From NCBI GenBank assembly GCA_964622775.1, contig CAZUSO010000004.1, forward strand, positions 520-64,519: 64,000 bases of DNA, in the 5' to 3' direction. The notes beneath the pieces are model-generated. The model had not been told where the DNA came from. It made no database searches and was given only the letters and a program-made list of their open reading frames with translations. Each line of letters starts with the position of its first letter. The first letter of the stretch is position 1. Source of the stretch: an uncultured Taibaiella sp. (lineage in GTDB: Bacteria; Bacteroidota; Bacteroidia; Chitinophagales; Chitinophagaceae). Position numbers and translations under genes: made by a program. Below are positions 17,168 through 25,753 of this stretch, piece after piece.

Positions 17168-18319
17168 ATGACAGCTGAATATGAATTTCCTGCTTCATTA
17201 AAAAGATATATGCAGTCCGAATCACGTCTGGGCACCATCGTTGAAAAGGCGATTTCCGGTGAGCGCATTTCGGAAGAAGAAGGTCTGCTCCTGTTTGAGC
17301 AGGCCGACCTGAATTTTGCAGGCACACTGGCGAATTATATACGGGAGCGGCTTCACGGAAACAAGGTTTATTTCAATCGCAACTTTCACATCGAACCCAC
17401 CAATGTATGCATCTTCACCTGTGATTTTTGCTCCTACTCCCGGTCTTACAAACACCGGGAAGACGGATGGGAACTGGGCATAGAGCAGATGATGGACATT
17501 GTGCGGCAGTACGACAACGAACCGGTCACCGAAGTGCATATTGTAGGTGGCGTGCATCCGAAAATGAATCTGAACTTCTTCTGCGACCTGCTGCAACAAA
17601 TCAAGGCTCATCGTCCGGAATTGCATTGTAAAGGATTTACCGCCGTAGAGCTGGATTATATGATTCGTAAGGCGAAGTTGAGCGTGGAAGAAGGCATGCA
17701 AAAGCTAAAGGATGCCGGGTTGCAGTCTTTGCCCGGAGGCGGCGCAGAAATCTTTGACCAGTCCGTCAGGGATAAGATTTGCGCCGACAAGGTCAATGCC
17801 GAAGGCTGGCTACATATCCACGAAACGGCGCACCGCCTGGGTATGCATACCAATGCCACGATGCTGTATGGCCATATTGAAACTTATGCACACCGCATTG
17901 ATCACATGAACCGGCTCCGGATATTACAGGACAAAACGGGAGGATTCAATTGTTTTATTCCGCTTAAGTTCAGGAATAAAGGCAATGACATGTCGCATAT
18001 CCCGGAAAGCACGGTGGTGGAAGATATGAAGCTGTATGCCATCGCAAGGATATTCATGGATAACATCTCCAACCTGAAAGCCTACTGGCCCATGCTGGGT
18101 CGCCAGAGCGCTCAGCTCACGCTGAATTATGGCGTTAATGATTTAGACGGAACCATTGACGACACTACAAAAATTTATACGATGGCCGGCAGCGAGGAGC
18201 AAAATCCGGCAATGAGCACGGAACAACTTTGTGAGCTGATTCATGCTGTTGGAAAAATCCCGGTGGAACGGGATACGGTTTATAATGAGATAAAAGTGTA
18301 TGATGATACGGTAGCGTAA
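17168..18319 (+). CDS. radical SAM protein of the CofH/MqnE/MqnC family (probable futalosine-pathway menaquinone biosynthesis)
   Basis: It has the CxxxCxxC cluster motif NVCIFTCDFCSY. GGGAEIF and the HTNATMLYGHIE block are typical of this family. MqnE and MqnC cannot be told apart by eye. Confidence 0.75.
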   Translation: MTAEYEFPASLKRYMQSESRLGTIVEKAISGERISEEEGLLLFEQADLNFAGTLANYIRERLHGNKVYFNRNFHIEPTNVCIFTCDFCSYSRSYKHREDGWELGIEQMMDIVRQYDNEPVTEVHIVGGVHPKMNLNFFCDLLQQIKAHRPELHCKGFTAVELDYMIRKAKLSVEEGMQKLKDAGLQSLPGGGAEIFDQSVRDKICADKVNAEGWLHIHETAHRLGMHTNATMLYGHIETYAHRIDHMNRLRILQDKTGGFNCFIPLKFRNKGNDMSHIPESTVVEDMKLYAIARIFMDNISNLKAYWPMLGRQSAQLTLNYGVNDLDGTIDDTTKIYTMAGSEEQNPAMSTEQLCELIHAVGKIPVERDTVYNEIKVYDDTVA

Positions 18320-18377
18320 ACAGAGCAACCGTTTCATTTGTCAGATGCACCCTGCTGTTTTTAAAAAAACATAAAAT

Positions 18378-18415
18378 AAAAAAATCCGCCCGTATAATTA
18401 CAGGCGGATTTTTAT
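18378..18415. terminator. bidirectional intrinsic terminator between the radical SAM gene and rplL
   Basis: The stem aatccgcc/ggcggatt (18383-18390 / 18403-18410) is flanked by an A-run on the left and a T-run on the right. Confidence 0.8.
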
Positions 18416-18428
18416 GGTAAGAAATGTA

Positions 18429-18803
18429 TTAAGCCACTTCAACTTCAGCGCCGGCATCTTGCAGCCTGGCGGCTAATTCGTCAGCTTCAGCTTTCGACAC
18501 TTTTTCCTTGATTGCTTTAGGAGCGCCGTCCACTAAGTCTTTAGCTTCTTTCAGACCTAAACCGGTAAGTTCTTTAACGACCTTAACCACGTTCAGCTTG
18601 GAAGCGCCGGGGCTTTTCAGGATTACGTCAAATTCTGTTTTTTCAGCAGCAGCAGCGCCGCCACCTTCACCACCGGCAGCCATAACAACTGCGGCGGCAG
18701 CAGGTTCAATACCATAATCTGCTTTCAGTACGTCGGCTAACTCCTGAACTTCTTTAACAGTCAGGTTTACTAATGATTCGGCTAATGATTTAATGTCTGC
18801 CAT
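18429..18803 (-). CDS. rplL: 50S ribosomal protein L7/L12
   Basis: The product reads [27 protein letters not shown]...[21 protein letters not shown]. Confidence 0.98.
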   Translation of the reverse strand: MADIKSLAESLVNLTVKEVQELADVLKADYGIEPAAAAVVMAAGGEGGGAAAAEKTEFDVILKSPGASKLNVVKVVKELTGLGLKEAKDLVDGAPKAIKEKVSKAEADELAARLQDAGAEVEVA

Positions 18804-18914
18804 TGTATTAACTTTTAGAATGTTTTTTTAATTAAAAAATATATTGATTGATGGAAGCCTTGTTTAACAGGTTTGTGCTGGTAAAGAATACCACCGCAAA
18901 CCGGATATTAAAAA

Positions 18915-19445
18915 TTACTCTGCAGTCGGTGCTGCTTCTTCTACAAGCGCTTCGGCACCGCCATCGCGGTTTTGAAGCGCAGCAATTACGCGGCGTATCG
19001 GCGATTGCAACAACCCGATAACATCTCCGATAAGTTCGTTCTTGGTTTTGATGGCTTTGAGCGTAGCCAGTTGATTGTCGCCGACAAAGATTTCTTCATC
19101 AATGAATGCGGCCTTCAATACGGGTTTTTCTCCTTTGCTTTCTGCACGGAAAGAGCTGATAATTACAGCTGGCTCTTTGGGTGAATCGGAAAACATCAAA
19201 GCGGTTACGCCGGTCAGCGAATCGTAAATTCCGGAATATTTTTCCTCATTGATGCTGGCCAATGCCTTACGGATTAAGGTATTTTTAGCCACTCTCATTT
19301 CCACATTTTTCTCAAAACATACCCGGCGAAGTTTAGAGATTTGCGCTACGGTCAACGACTCGGTATTGGTTAAGTAGAAGTTGTTGTACTGGGAAAATTT
19401 ATCTTTTAAAAGCTCAATAGCTTCTGTTTTTTGACCTCGTGTCAT
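18915..19445 (-). CDS. rplJ: 50S ribosomal protein L10
   Basis: The 176 aa product sits between rplA and rplL and has an L10-like sequence (MTRGQKTEAIELLKDKF...). Confidence 0.93.
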   Translation of the reverse strand: MTRGQKTEAIELLKDKFSQYNNFYLTNTESLTVAQISKLRRVCFEKNVEMRVAKNTLIRKALASINEEKYSGIYDSLTGVTALMFSDSPKEPAVIISSFRAESKGEKPVLKAAFIDEEIFVGDNQLATLKAIKTKNELIGDVIGLLQSPIRRVIAALQNRDGGAEALVEEAAPTAE

Positions 19446-19506
19446 GTTGATTATTTTTATTTCCGTCCGGAAAGATTTTTTAAAATGGTTTCGCTACAGT
19501 GAATGA

Positions 19507-20199
19507 TTAATTGCCTACGGATTTCGTGTCTATCGCAATGCCGGGGCTCATCGAGCTGGCCATACTTACGCCTTTCATATAAATACCTTTTGCCGTTGAT
19601 GGTTTCATACGAATCAGGGTATTGATTAATTCCTGGGCATTTTCTGAAATCATACCAGGCTCAAAGGATACGCGACCAACAGACGCATGTACGATGCCCG
19701 TTTTGTCAACCTTAAAGGCAATCTTTCCGCCCTTCACGTCATTCACCGCAGTGGCTACATCATTTGTAACAGTTCCGGTCTTAGGGTTAGGCATCAGGTT
19801 GCGGGGGCCTAATACTTTACCCAGACGACCAATCTTAGGCATAACGGAAGGTGTAGCGATAATCACGTCCACATCGGTCCAGCCGCCGTCAATCTTCTGT
19901 ACAAACTCATCCAGGCCTACATAATCCGCACCGGCATTTCTGGCTTCATCTTCCTTATCCGGAGGGCAAAGAACCAAAACAGTCTTGGTTTTACCGGTGC
20001 CGTGAGGAAGCGTTACCGTGCCGCGCAGCGCCTGGTCAGCCTTCTTAGGGTCAATGCCCAGGCGGATGTGTACATCCACGGAGCTGTCAAACTTCGTACA
20101 GTTAATTTCTTTAACCAACTGAGCCGCTTCGCTCAGGGAATATAATTTATTTTTATCTACTTTAGCTTCTGCAGCTTTTCTTTTTTTAGTAAGTGCCAT
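19507..20199 (-). CDS. rplA: 50S ribosomal protein L1
   Basis: The 230 aa product reads ...[25 protein letters not shown]...[15 protein letters not shown]. Confidence 0.97.
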   Translation of the reverse strand: MALTKKRKAAEAKVDKNKLYSLSEAAQLVKEINCTKFDSSVDVHIRLGIDPKKADQALRGTVTLPHGTGKTKTVLVLCPPDKEDEARNAGADYVGLDEFVQKIDGGWTDVDVIIATPSVMPKIGRLGKVLGPRNLMPNPKTGTVTNDVATAVNDVKGGKIAFKVDKTGIVHASVGRVSFEPGMISENAQELINTLIRMKPSTAKGIYMKGVSMASSMSPGIAIDTKSVGN

Positions 20200-20233
20200 T
20201 GTAACAATGTTTTTTTAAGGTGAAGCAATGGGG

Positions 20234-20677
20234 TTAATTTTGCCAGGGGGCGTTACCTTCAACAGTCAGTCCCATGCTGCGAGCCGTTCCGGCTACCATG
20301 CGCATGGCGCTTTCTACTGTGAAGCAGTTCAGATCAGCCATCTTGTCTTTGGCAATTTCTTCCACTTGATCCCAGGTTACTTTACCTACCTTGTTACGGT
20401 TTGGTTCTTTACTGCCTTTTTTGGTTTTGGACACCTCCATCAGTTGCACGGCGGCAGGCGGTGTTTTGATAACAAAGTCGAAGGACTTATCGCTGTATAC
20501 CGTAATCAGCACCGGTAATACCTTACCTTGTTTGTCCTGAGTACGTGCATTGAATTGCTTGCAAAATTCCATGATATTTACACCTTTGGAACCTAATGCA
20601 GGCCCGATTGGCGGCGCCGGGTTGGCCTGACCGCCTTTACACTGGAGCTTTACATAGCCCGTAATTTCTTTAGCCAT
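20234..20677 (-). CDS. rplK: 50S ribosomal protein L11
   Basis: The product reads [44 protein letters not shown]. Confidence 0.98.
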   Translation of the reverse strand: MAKEITGYVKLQCKGGQANPAPPIGPALGSKGVNIMEFCKQFNARTQDKQGKVLPVLITVYSDKSFDFVIKTPPAAVQLMEVSKTKKGSKEPNRNKVGKVTWDQVEEIAKDKMADLNCFTVESAMRMVAGTARSMGLTVEGNAPWQN

Positions 20678-20757
20678 TTAAAAAATTTGGTATTAACGAG
20701 TGAAATAATTACTCTCCCAAAACAATAAAGTTAAGAGCAGTATTTTAAATTGGACGG

Positions 20758-20765
20758 CAAAGGTA
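20758..20765 (-). promoter_or_regulatory. Bacteroidota -7 promoter box (TACCTTTG) for rplK
   Basis: The plus-strand caaaggta lies about 80 nt upstream of the rplK ATG. Confidence 0.45.
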
Positions 20766-20810
20766 AGGGTGTTTATTTAAAAAAACAAAATCTGACCGGG
20801 AAAAAAGTAT

Positions 20811-21467
20811 TCAGGTCTGCAAATAACCACTCCGAACGGCAAAGATCACTAATCCTGCCGTATTTCGTGCACCGGTTTTTTCAATCAACTGACTTCGGAT
20901 GCCTTCTACGGTTCGGGGGCTTAAAAACAGCTTTTCGGCTATTTCCGTATTGGAACGTTCTTCGCAAATCAGCAGCAGCACTTCTTTTTCCCTGCTCGTT
21001 AGTATTAATTCCGGCTGGAAATAAGCGTCGGTCTTTTCGTTTTGAGTCACTTTTTTATGCATCACACGACTCACCATATTATTAAAATAATGGCCGGTTT
21101 CATAGGCAATCAGGATGGCTTGCTTTATTTCCTCAGGATCGGCGTTTTTGACCAGGTAACCATTAGCGCCTAATTTCATGAGCTGTAGGATATAATTTTC
21201 GTCATCGTACATGGTTAAAGGGATTACCCTGATATCGGGATAGCGTTCCCTTATTTTTTCCAGCGCTTCCATTCCGTTCATGTTGGGCATTTTAATGTCG
21301 AGCAGCACCACATCGGGTTGTGTGGTTTTCAGCAGCTCCAGCAATTGCATGCCATCCTCCGCTTCGCCAATACACCGGATGGTTGTTTCAGCGCCTAAAG
21401 CAGCGGCAAGTCCCTGCCGGAAAATCTGGTGATCATCTGCTATAATATAACTTACAGGCTTTTTCAT
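20811..21467 (-). CDS. response regulator transcription factor, NarL/LuxR family
   Basis: It has a receiver domain (DHQIFRQGL...DVVLLDIKMP) and a C-terminal LuxR HTH (LTSREKEVLLLICEERSNTEIAEKLFLSPRTVEGIRS). Confidence 0.92.
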   Translation of the reverse strand: MKKPVSYIIADDHQIFRQGLAAALGAETTIRCIGEAEDGMQLLELLKTTQPDVVLLDIKMPNMNGMEALEKIRERYPDIRVIPLTMYDDENYILQLMKLGANGYLVKNADPEEIKQAILIAYETGHYFNNMVSRVMHKKVTQNEKTDAYFQPELILTSREKEVLLLICEERSNTEIAEKLFLSPRTVEGIRSQLIEKTGARNTAGLVIFAVRSGYLQT

Positions 21468-22255
21468 ACAAACGGTTTCAATGGAATGTTGATAATGATT
21501 TCATACAAACCATTTTGGTGGTTTAATGTAAAGGAAATATCGGCATGCAGTAAAGATAACCGGTTTACGAGGTTTTTCAAGCCGCTTGCACCGGTTTTAT
21601 ACACGAATTGTTCAAAATCCGTTTGCTGTATGCCCTGGCCGTTATGTTGCAGTAGGATATGGAGCGCCTCATTCCCTGCCTGACAATAGATATCCACCTG
21701 CTGAGCCTTTCCGTGCCGCATGATATTGGCAATAAGCTCCTGAACAATACGATAAGCATAAAGCGCTGTCGTTTCATTCAGTGCCGGAAGCGGTGCCTGG
21801 CCTTGATGAAGCGCTACGCTTATATTGCCGGATTGGGAAATCATTTTTACAAAAGACTCTAATGAAGCCGCCAGCCCCAGGTGCATCAGCATGGCCGGTT
21901 GTAATTTGTGAGAAAGGTTGCGAACCTTTTTAATGCTTTCGTCTAAAACCCCCTTGGCTTGCAGGAGCATTGCATTATTGTCCGGCTTATTCATTGCCGT
22001 ATATAAATACATGCTTACCGATGCCAGGTGGGCGCCGATATCATCATGCAACTCCGAGGCAATACGGCTGCGCTCCTCTTCCTCGCTCTGGATGGAAGCA
22101 TGCACCAGTTCAGCCTGCTTTTCCTTATTCACCCGTTCTATTTCAATCTGAGACTGAATAACACGGCGTTGATACATAAGCACGAAAAGGATAATGCCCA
22201 GAGCCATCAGCAGCATTGCCGCAATGCCCATAATAATTATAGAAACATCATTCAA
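21464..22255 (-). CDS. sensor histidine kinase (HisKA_3 / HATPase_c); non-ATG start, possibly split from the upstream membrane ORF
   Basis: The H-box reads RIASELHDDIG and there is an ATPase domain with one N-terminal TM. The frame opens at the TTG at 22255, and the first in-frame ATG is at 22231. Confidence 0.85.
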   Translation of the reverse strand: MNDVSIIIMGIAAMLLMALGIILFVLMYQRRVIQSQIEIERVNKEKQAELVHASIQSEEEERSRIASELHDDIGAHLASVSMYLYTAMNKPDNNAMLLQAKGVLDESIKKVRNLSHKLQPAMLMHLGLAASLESFVKMISQSGNISVALHQGQAPLPALNETTALYAYRIVQELIANIMRHGKAQQVDIYCQAGNEALHILLQHNGQGIQQTDFEQFVYKTGASGLKNLVNRLSLLHADISFTLNHQNGLYEIIINIPLKPFV

Positions 22256-22871
22256 CGGTTCGCTTTTTCGACAAAGCTACGGCAAGTAACAGATTTTTAG
22301 TGATATTGAAGGTAAGAAAACCGTAAGCCCATAATTTACCGAGCTGAGCCGCATTGGTATTATACACTCTGTCTTTAAACAGGAAAATGAAGAAAACCCC
22401 GCAGGCATATACCAAAATGGCGGTATTACTCCAGAAAAATGACGAATCACCCAGGTATGCGGTTTTTTGCGCACGCAGGATATGCATATAGCCCAAAATA
22501 GACAGCAGGATATAGGTAATGAGAATAATACTGTATGCGCTGGTATTAAACTGGCTCCAGGAAAATACCAAAAGCGTATGTAATATAAAAAAGGTGACAG
22601 CCACTAAAACAACTGCCCAAAAAGCTATCCTGGAAGGGATAATGCCTCTTTCGTGAAAATAGTAATAAAAGCAGGCCATCTCTATCAGCAGAAATGTATT
22701 GGCTTCCCATTCGGGGTTAAGATGTAATCCTCGTTTCGCAATGATTATACTTAAGTCCATTATAAAAGCCAGCATGAGGTATATGCTCAGAGTAGATCGC
22801 GGATTGTGCCTGCCGGCATAAATGGCAGGCACAGGCGACAGGATAGAAATGATCAGAAATATTATTCCCAT
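22248..22871 (-). CDS. polytopic membrane protein (about 6 TM), likely the sensor module of the adjacent kinase
   Basis: The 207 aa product is hydrophobic throughout. Its stop overlaps the kinase ORF by 8 nt in a different frame. Confidence 0.65.
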   Translation of the reverse strand: MGIIFLIISILSPVPAIYAGRHNPRSTLSIYLMLAFIMDLSIIIAKRGLHLNPEWEANTFLLIEMACFYYYFHERGIIPSRIAFWAVVLVAVTFFILHTLLVFSWSQFNTSAYSIILITYILLSILGYMHILRAQKTAYLGDSSFFWSNTAILVYACGVFFIFLFKDRVYNTNAAQLGKLWAYGFLTFNITKNLLLAVALSKKRTVE

Positions 22872-22882
22872 TTTTTAGGTAT

Positions 22883-23362
22883 TTACGGATACACGTCAGA
22901 TAAATCACAAACGTAAACAGTTGATCCGGAATTTCCCACATAAAATATGATAGCAGGATTCGAACCGCTGATCGCTTTTGAAAAGGAGAAAGTATCGGGC
23001 TTATGAATGTTTAATACGGCTTTAAAAAGTAACATGGAATACAATACACAAACAGACGCGGGTATTACCGGAGGAGCTACCGGGCTGGGTGTGTTAATAA
23101 TCTGAATGCTGATGTCCGAATTTCCGGAAACGAGGTCGCTACTTCCTTGTAATAACAGGCAATTTTTCTTACAGTCTGCATCTTGAATAAGATTGCTGAT
23201 TCTGGCCGCGGTCACAACTAAAGGCGGATCTATCGGCGATGGCTGAAAAAATGACCGGGCTGCATTGTCAAATTCAATTTTAGTAATGGAGTGTCGCAGA
23301 AGCACTTCTTGCTGATGCTTCGGATCATCGCAATCCCGGTTTTTCATGATTTCATTTTTCAT
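22883..23362 (-). CDS. hypothetical protein (first ORF of the membrane-protein/kinase/regulator operon)
   Basis: The 159 aa ORF ends 12 nt before the next gene and is preceded by a -7 box. I recognised no family, and the coding status is uncertain. Confidence 0.4.
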   Translation of the reverse strand: MKNEIMKNRDCDDPKHQQEVLLRHSITKIEFDNAARSFFQPSPIDPPLVVTAARISNLIQDADCKKNCLLLQGSSDLVSGNSDISIQIINTPSPVAPPVIPASVCVLYSMLLFKAVLNIHKPDTFSFSKAISGSNPAIIFYVGNSGSTVYVCDLSDVYP

Positions 23363-23400
23363 TTGATAAAGTTTTATGGGTTAATATGAAATTACCAAAG

Positions 23401-23408
23401 CAAAAATA
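23401..23408 (-). promoter_or_regulatory. Bacteroidota -7 promoter box (TATTTTTG) for the 22883-23362 operon
   Basis: The plus-strand caaaaata lies 39 nt upstream of the ATG at 23362. Confidence 0.4.
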
Positions 23409-23505
23409 AAACATAAGCGGAAGAATTTTTGATGCGGTATTGCTATTAAATAATACACAGATTTACCAACGAATTAATTATCAATATATTGTAAAATGTG
23501 GCCTG

Positions 23506-23548
23506 AAAAAAACCGTATTTCTACGGTAAAGATTACGTAGAAATACGG
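23506..23548 (-). terminator. orphan intrinsic-terminator-like hairpin (13-bp perfect stem plus a U7 tract on the minus strand)
   Basis: The stem is ccgtatttctacg (23513-23525) / cgtagaaatacgg (23536-23548) with a 10-nt loop. The plus-strand aaaaaaa at 23506-23512 gives UUUUUUU after the stem on the minus strand. No annotated minus-strand gene lies upstream of it. Confidence 0.6.
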
Positions 23549-23991
23549 GGTAAAAAATGCGTAATTCTATGCTTGTACTTCAGGTATCACGCAGTCTTGA
23601 ATTGTCATCATACTGATGCTCATTCCGGCTAATTTCCTGAAGTCGTGAAACAATACAATAGTGATAAATTTTTATATGACAGCAATTGATGTGTACCTGC
23701 ACGAAACGCTTGTTGAGTACGCCCATCCTAAAAGCAATATTACATGAAAACTGTTACAAGAATATTTCGCACTGTTGCTTTTCTGTTACAGCCGTGATTC
23801 ATAGCAGCAAGGTAAAGTTTCCCTATGACTTTATTTCCAATCAGGAAAAGAAAACAACAATGTTTTCTTTTTGCTCCGAAGGCATGAATGCGCCCAATAC
23901 GTCCTCCTGCGAAAACGGAACAACTAACTGAAAAACTATTTGCGTAAATTCGCAACCTTATTCATTTTAGCAATACATACCTGCTTATTAT

Positions 23992-25650
23992 ATGGAAGAA
24001 CGTTCCCTGAATTTTCTGGAAGAAATTATTGAGAAAGATTTAGCTGCGGAAAAATGTAAAAGCATCCGTACCCGGTTCCCGCCCGAGCCTAACGGTTATC
24101 TGCATATCGGGCATGCCGCATCCATTTGTCTGAATTTCGGACTTGCCCGGAAATACAACGGACACTGTAATCTGCGCTTCGATGATACCAATCCCGTAAC
24201 GGAGGATACGGAATATGTGGAGAATATCATGAACGACATCCGCTGGCTGGGATTTGAATGGGATGAGCTGCATTATGCCTCCGACTATTTTGAAACTTTA
24301 TATGAATATGCCCTCAGGCTGATCTGGAAAGGGCTGGCTTATGTAGATGATCTATCTGCCGAAGAAATTGCCGCCACTAAGGGAAATATCGGCATTCCCG
24401 GCACGGAAAGCCCTTACCGCAACCGCAGCGTGGAAGAAAATCTGGAATTATTTGCAGCTATGCGGGCCGGAAAATTTGAAGACGGCGCCAAAACATTGCG
24501 GGCAAAGATAGATATGGCTCATCCGAACCTGCTGATGCGCGACCCTTTGATCTACCGGATTAAGCATGCCCGGCATCACCGCTGCGGCAATACCTGGTGC
24601 ATCTACCCTATGTACGATTTTGCACACGGGCAAAGCGACAGCATAGAAAGCATCACCCATTCTATCTGCACCCTGGAGTTCATCCACCATCGCCCCCTGT
24701 ATGACTGGTTCATTGAAAAGCTGGAGATTTTTCCATCGCATCAATATGAATTTGCCCGGCGCAACCTGACCTATACAGTCATGAGCAAACGAAAGCTCCT
24801 TCAATTAGTTCATGAAAAATATGTATCGGGATGGGATGATCCGCGTATGCCAACAATCAGCGGGCTGCGCCGCCGGGGTTATACGCCGGAGAGCATTCGC
24901 CATTTTGCGGACCTTATCGGAATAGCAAAACGGGAAAATATTACCGATGTGGGTTTACTCGAATTTTGCGTCCGCGAACATCTGAACAAAATTGCTAACC
25001 GGATGATGGCCGTGCTGGACCCCCTGAAATTGGTTATCACTAATTATCCCGAAAATCAAAGGGAAATATTGACGGCGGAAAACAATCCGGAAGATGAAAA
25101 TGCCGGACATCGCGACATCCCATTCAGCCGGGAGCTCTGGATCGAACGGGAAGACTTTATGGAAAATCCCCCTAAGAAATTCTTCCGCCTCAGCCCGGGG
25201 CTTATGGTGCGGTTAAAATACGCCTATATCATCAAATGTGAGGGTTTTGAAAAAGACGCGAACGGCATGATTACGGAAATTCACTGCACCTATATCCCGG
25301 AAAGCAAAAGCGGGCAGGATACCAGCGGACTCAAAGTGAAAGGAACCATCCACTGGGTGACTGCCACTGATGCAGCCACTGCCGAAGTGCACCTTTACGA
25401 CCGCTTGTTTCAGGTTGAAAATCCATCTGATGAAGCCGGTGATTTTAAAGATTATATCAACCCTGCTTCCTTAGAGATTGTTAAAAAAGCGTATATCGAG
25501 CCGGCGCTGACAAAGGCTGAACCGGGAGCATATTTTCAGTTTTTGCGCAAGGGTTATTTTTGCCCGGATAAGGACAGCGGCCCGGGACGCCTGATTTTCA
25601 ACCGGACGGTTACACTAAAGGACAGCTGGATGAAGGAAAAGAAAAGCTGA
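23992..25650 (+). CDS. glnS: glutamine--tRNA ligase
   Basis: It has the class I HIGH motif ([10 protein letters not shown]) and KMSKS (VMSKR). GlnRS-specific blocks include RFDDTNP and the C-terminal anticodon-binding domain. Confidence 0.95.
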   Translation: MEERSLNFLEEIIEKDLAAEKCKSIRTRFPPEPNGYLHIGHAASICLNFGLARKYNGHCNLRFDDTNPVTEDTEYVENIMNDIRWLGFEWDELHYASDYFETLYEYALRLIWKGLAYVDDLSAEEIAATKGNIGIPGTESPYRNRSVEENLELFAAMRAGKFEDGAKTLRAKIDMAHPNLLMRDPLIYRIKHARHHRCGNTWCIYPMYDFAHGQSDSIESITHSICTLEFIHHRPLYDWFIEKLEIFPSHQYEFARRNLTYTVMSKRKLLQLVHEKYVSGWDDPRMPTISGLRRRGYTPESIRHFADLIGIAKRENITDVGLLEFCVREHLNKIANRMMAVLDPLKLVITNYPENQREILTAENNPEDENAGHRDIPFSRELWIEREDFMENPPKKFFRLSPGLMVRLKYAYIIKCEGFEKDANGMITEIHCTYIPESKSGQDTSGLKVKGTIHWVTATDAATAEVHLYDRLFQVENPSDEAGDFKDYINPASLEIVKKAYIEPALTKAEPGAYFQFLRKGYFCPDKDSGPGRLIFNRTVTLKDSWMKEKKS

Positions 25651-25717
25651 GTTCTTATCCGGTATTATTTATTGATGAATGACAATCCGCTTTGAAGGTT
25701 TGCACAAAAAGATAGCT

Positions 25718-25725
25718 TATATTTG
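25718..25725 (+). promoter_or_regulatory. Bacteroidota -7 promoter box (TATATTTG) for the T9SS cargo gene
   Basis: It is an exact TAnnTTTG match inside the 5' extension of the ORF-track call. This implies the true start is the ATG at 25754 or 25787. Confidence 0.45.
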
Positions 25726-25753
25726 TAACACTCAATTCCTTAATGACAGCAGT

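Noticed and set aside
23686-23955. An 81-aa (+) ORF and a 71-aa (-) ORF in the glnS upstream spacer.
   Set aside because: The sequences are Cys-rich and low-complexity. They overlap each other on opposite strands and have no promoter box in a suitable position. The region is treated as non-coding (see the orphan-terminator finding).
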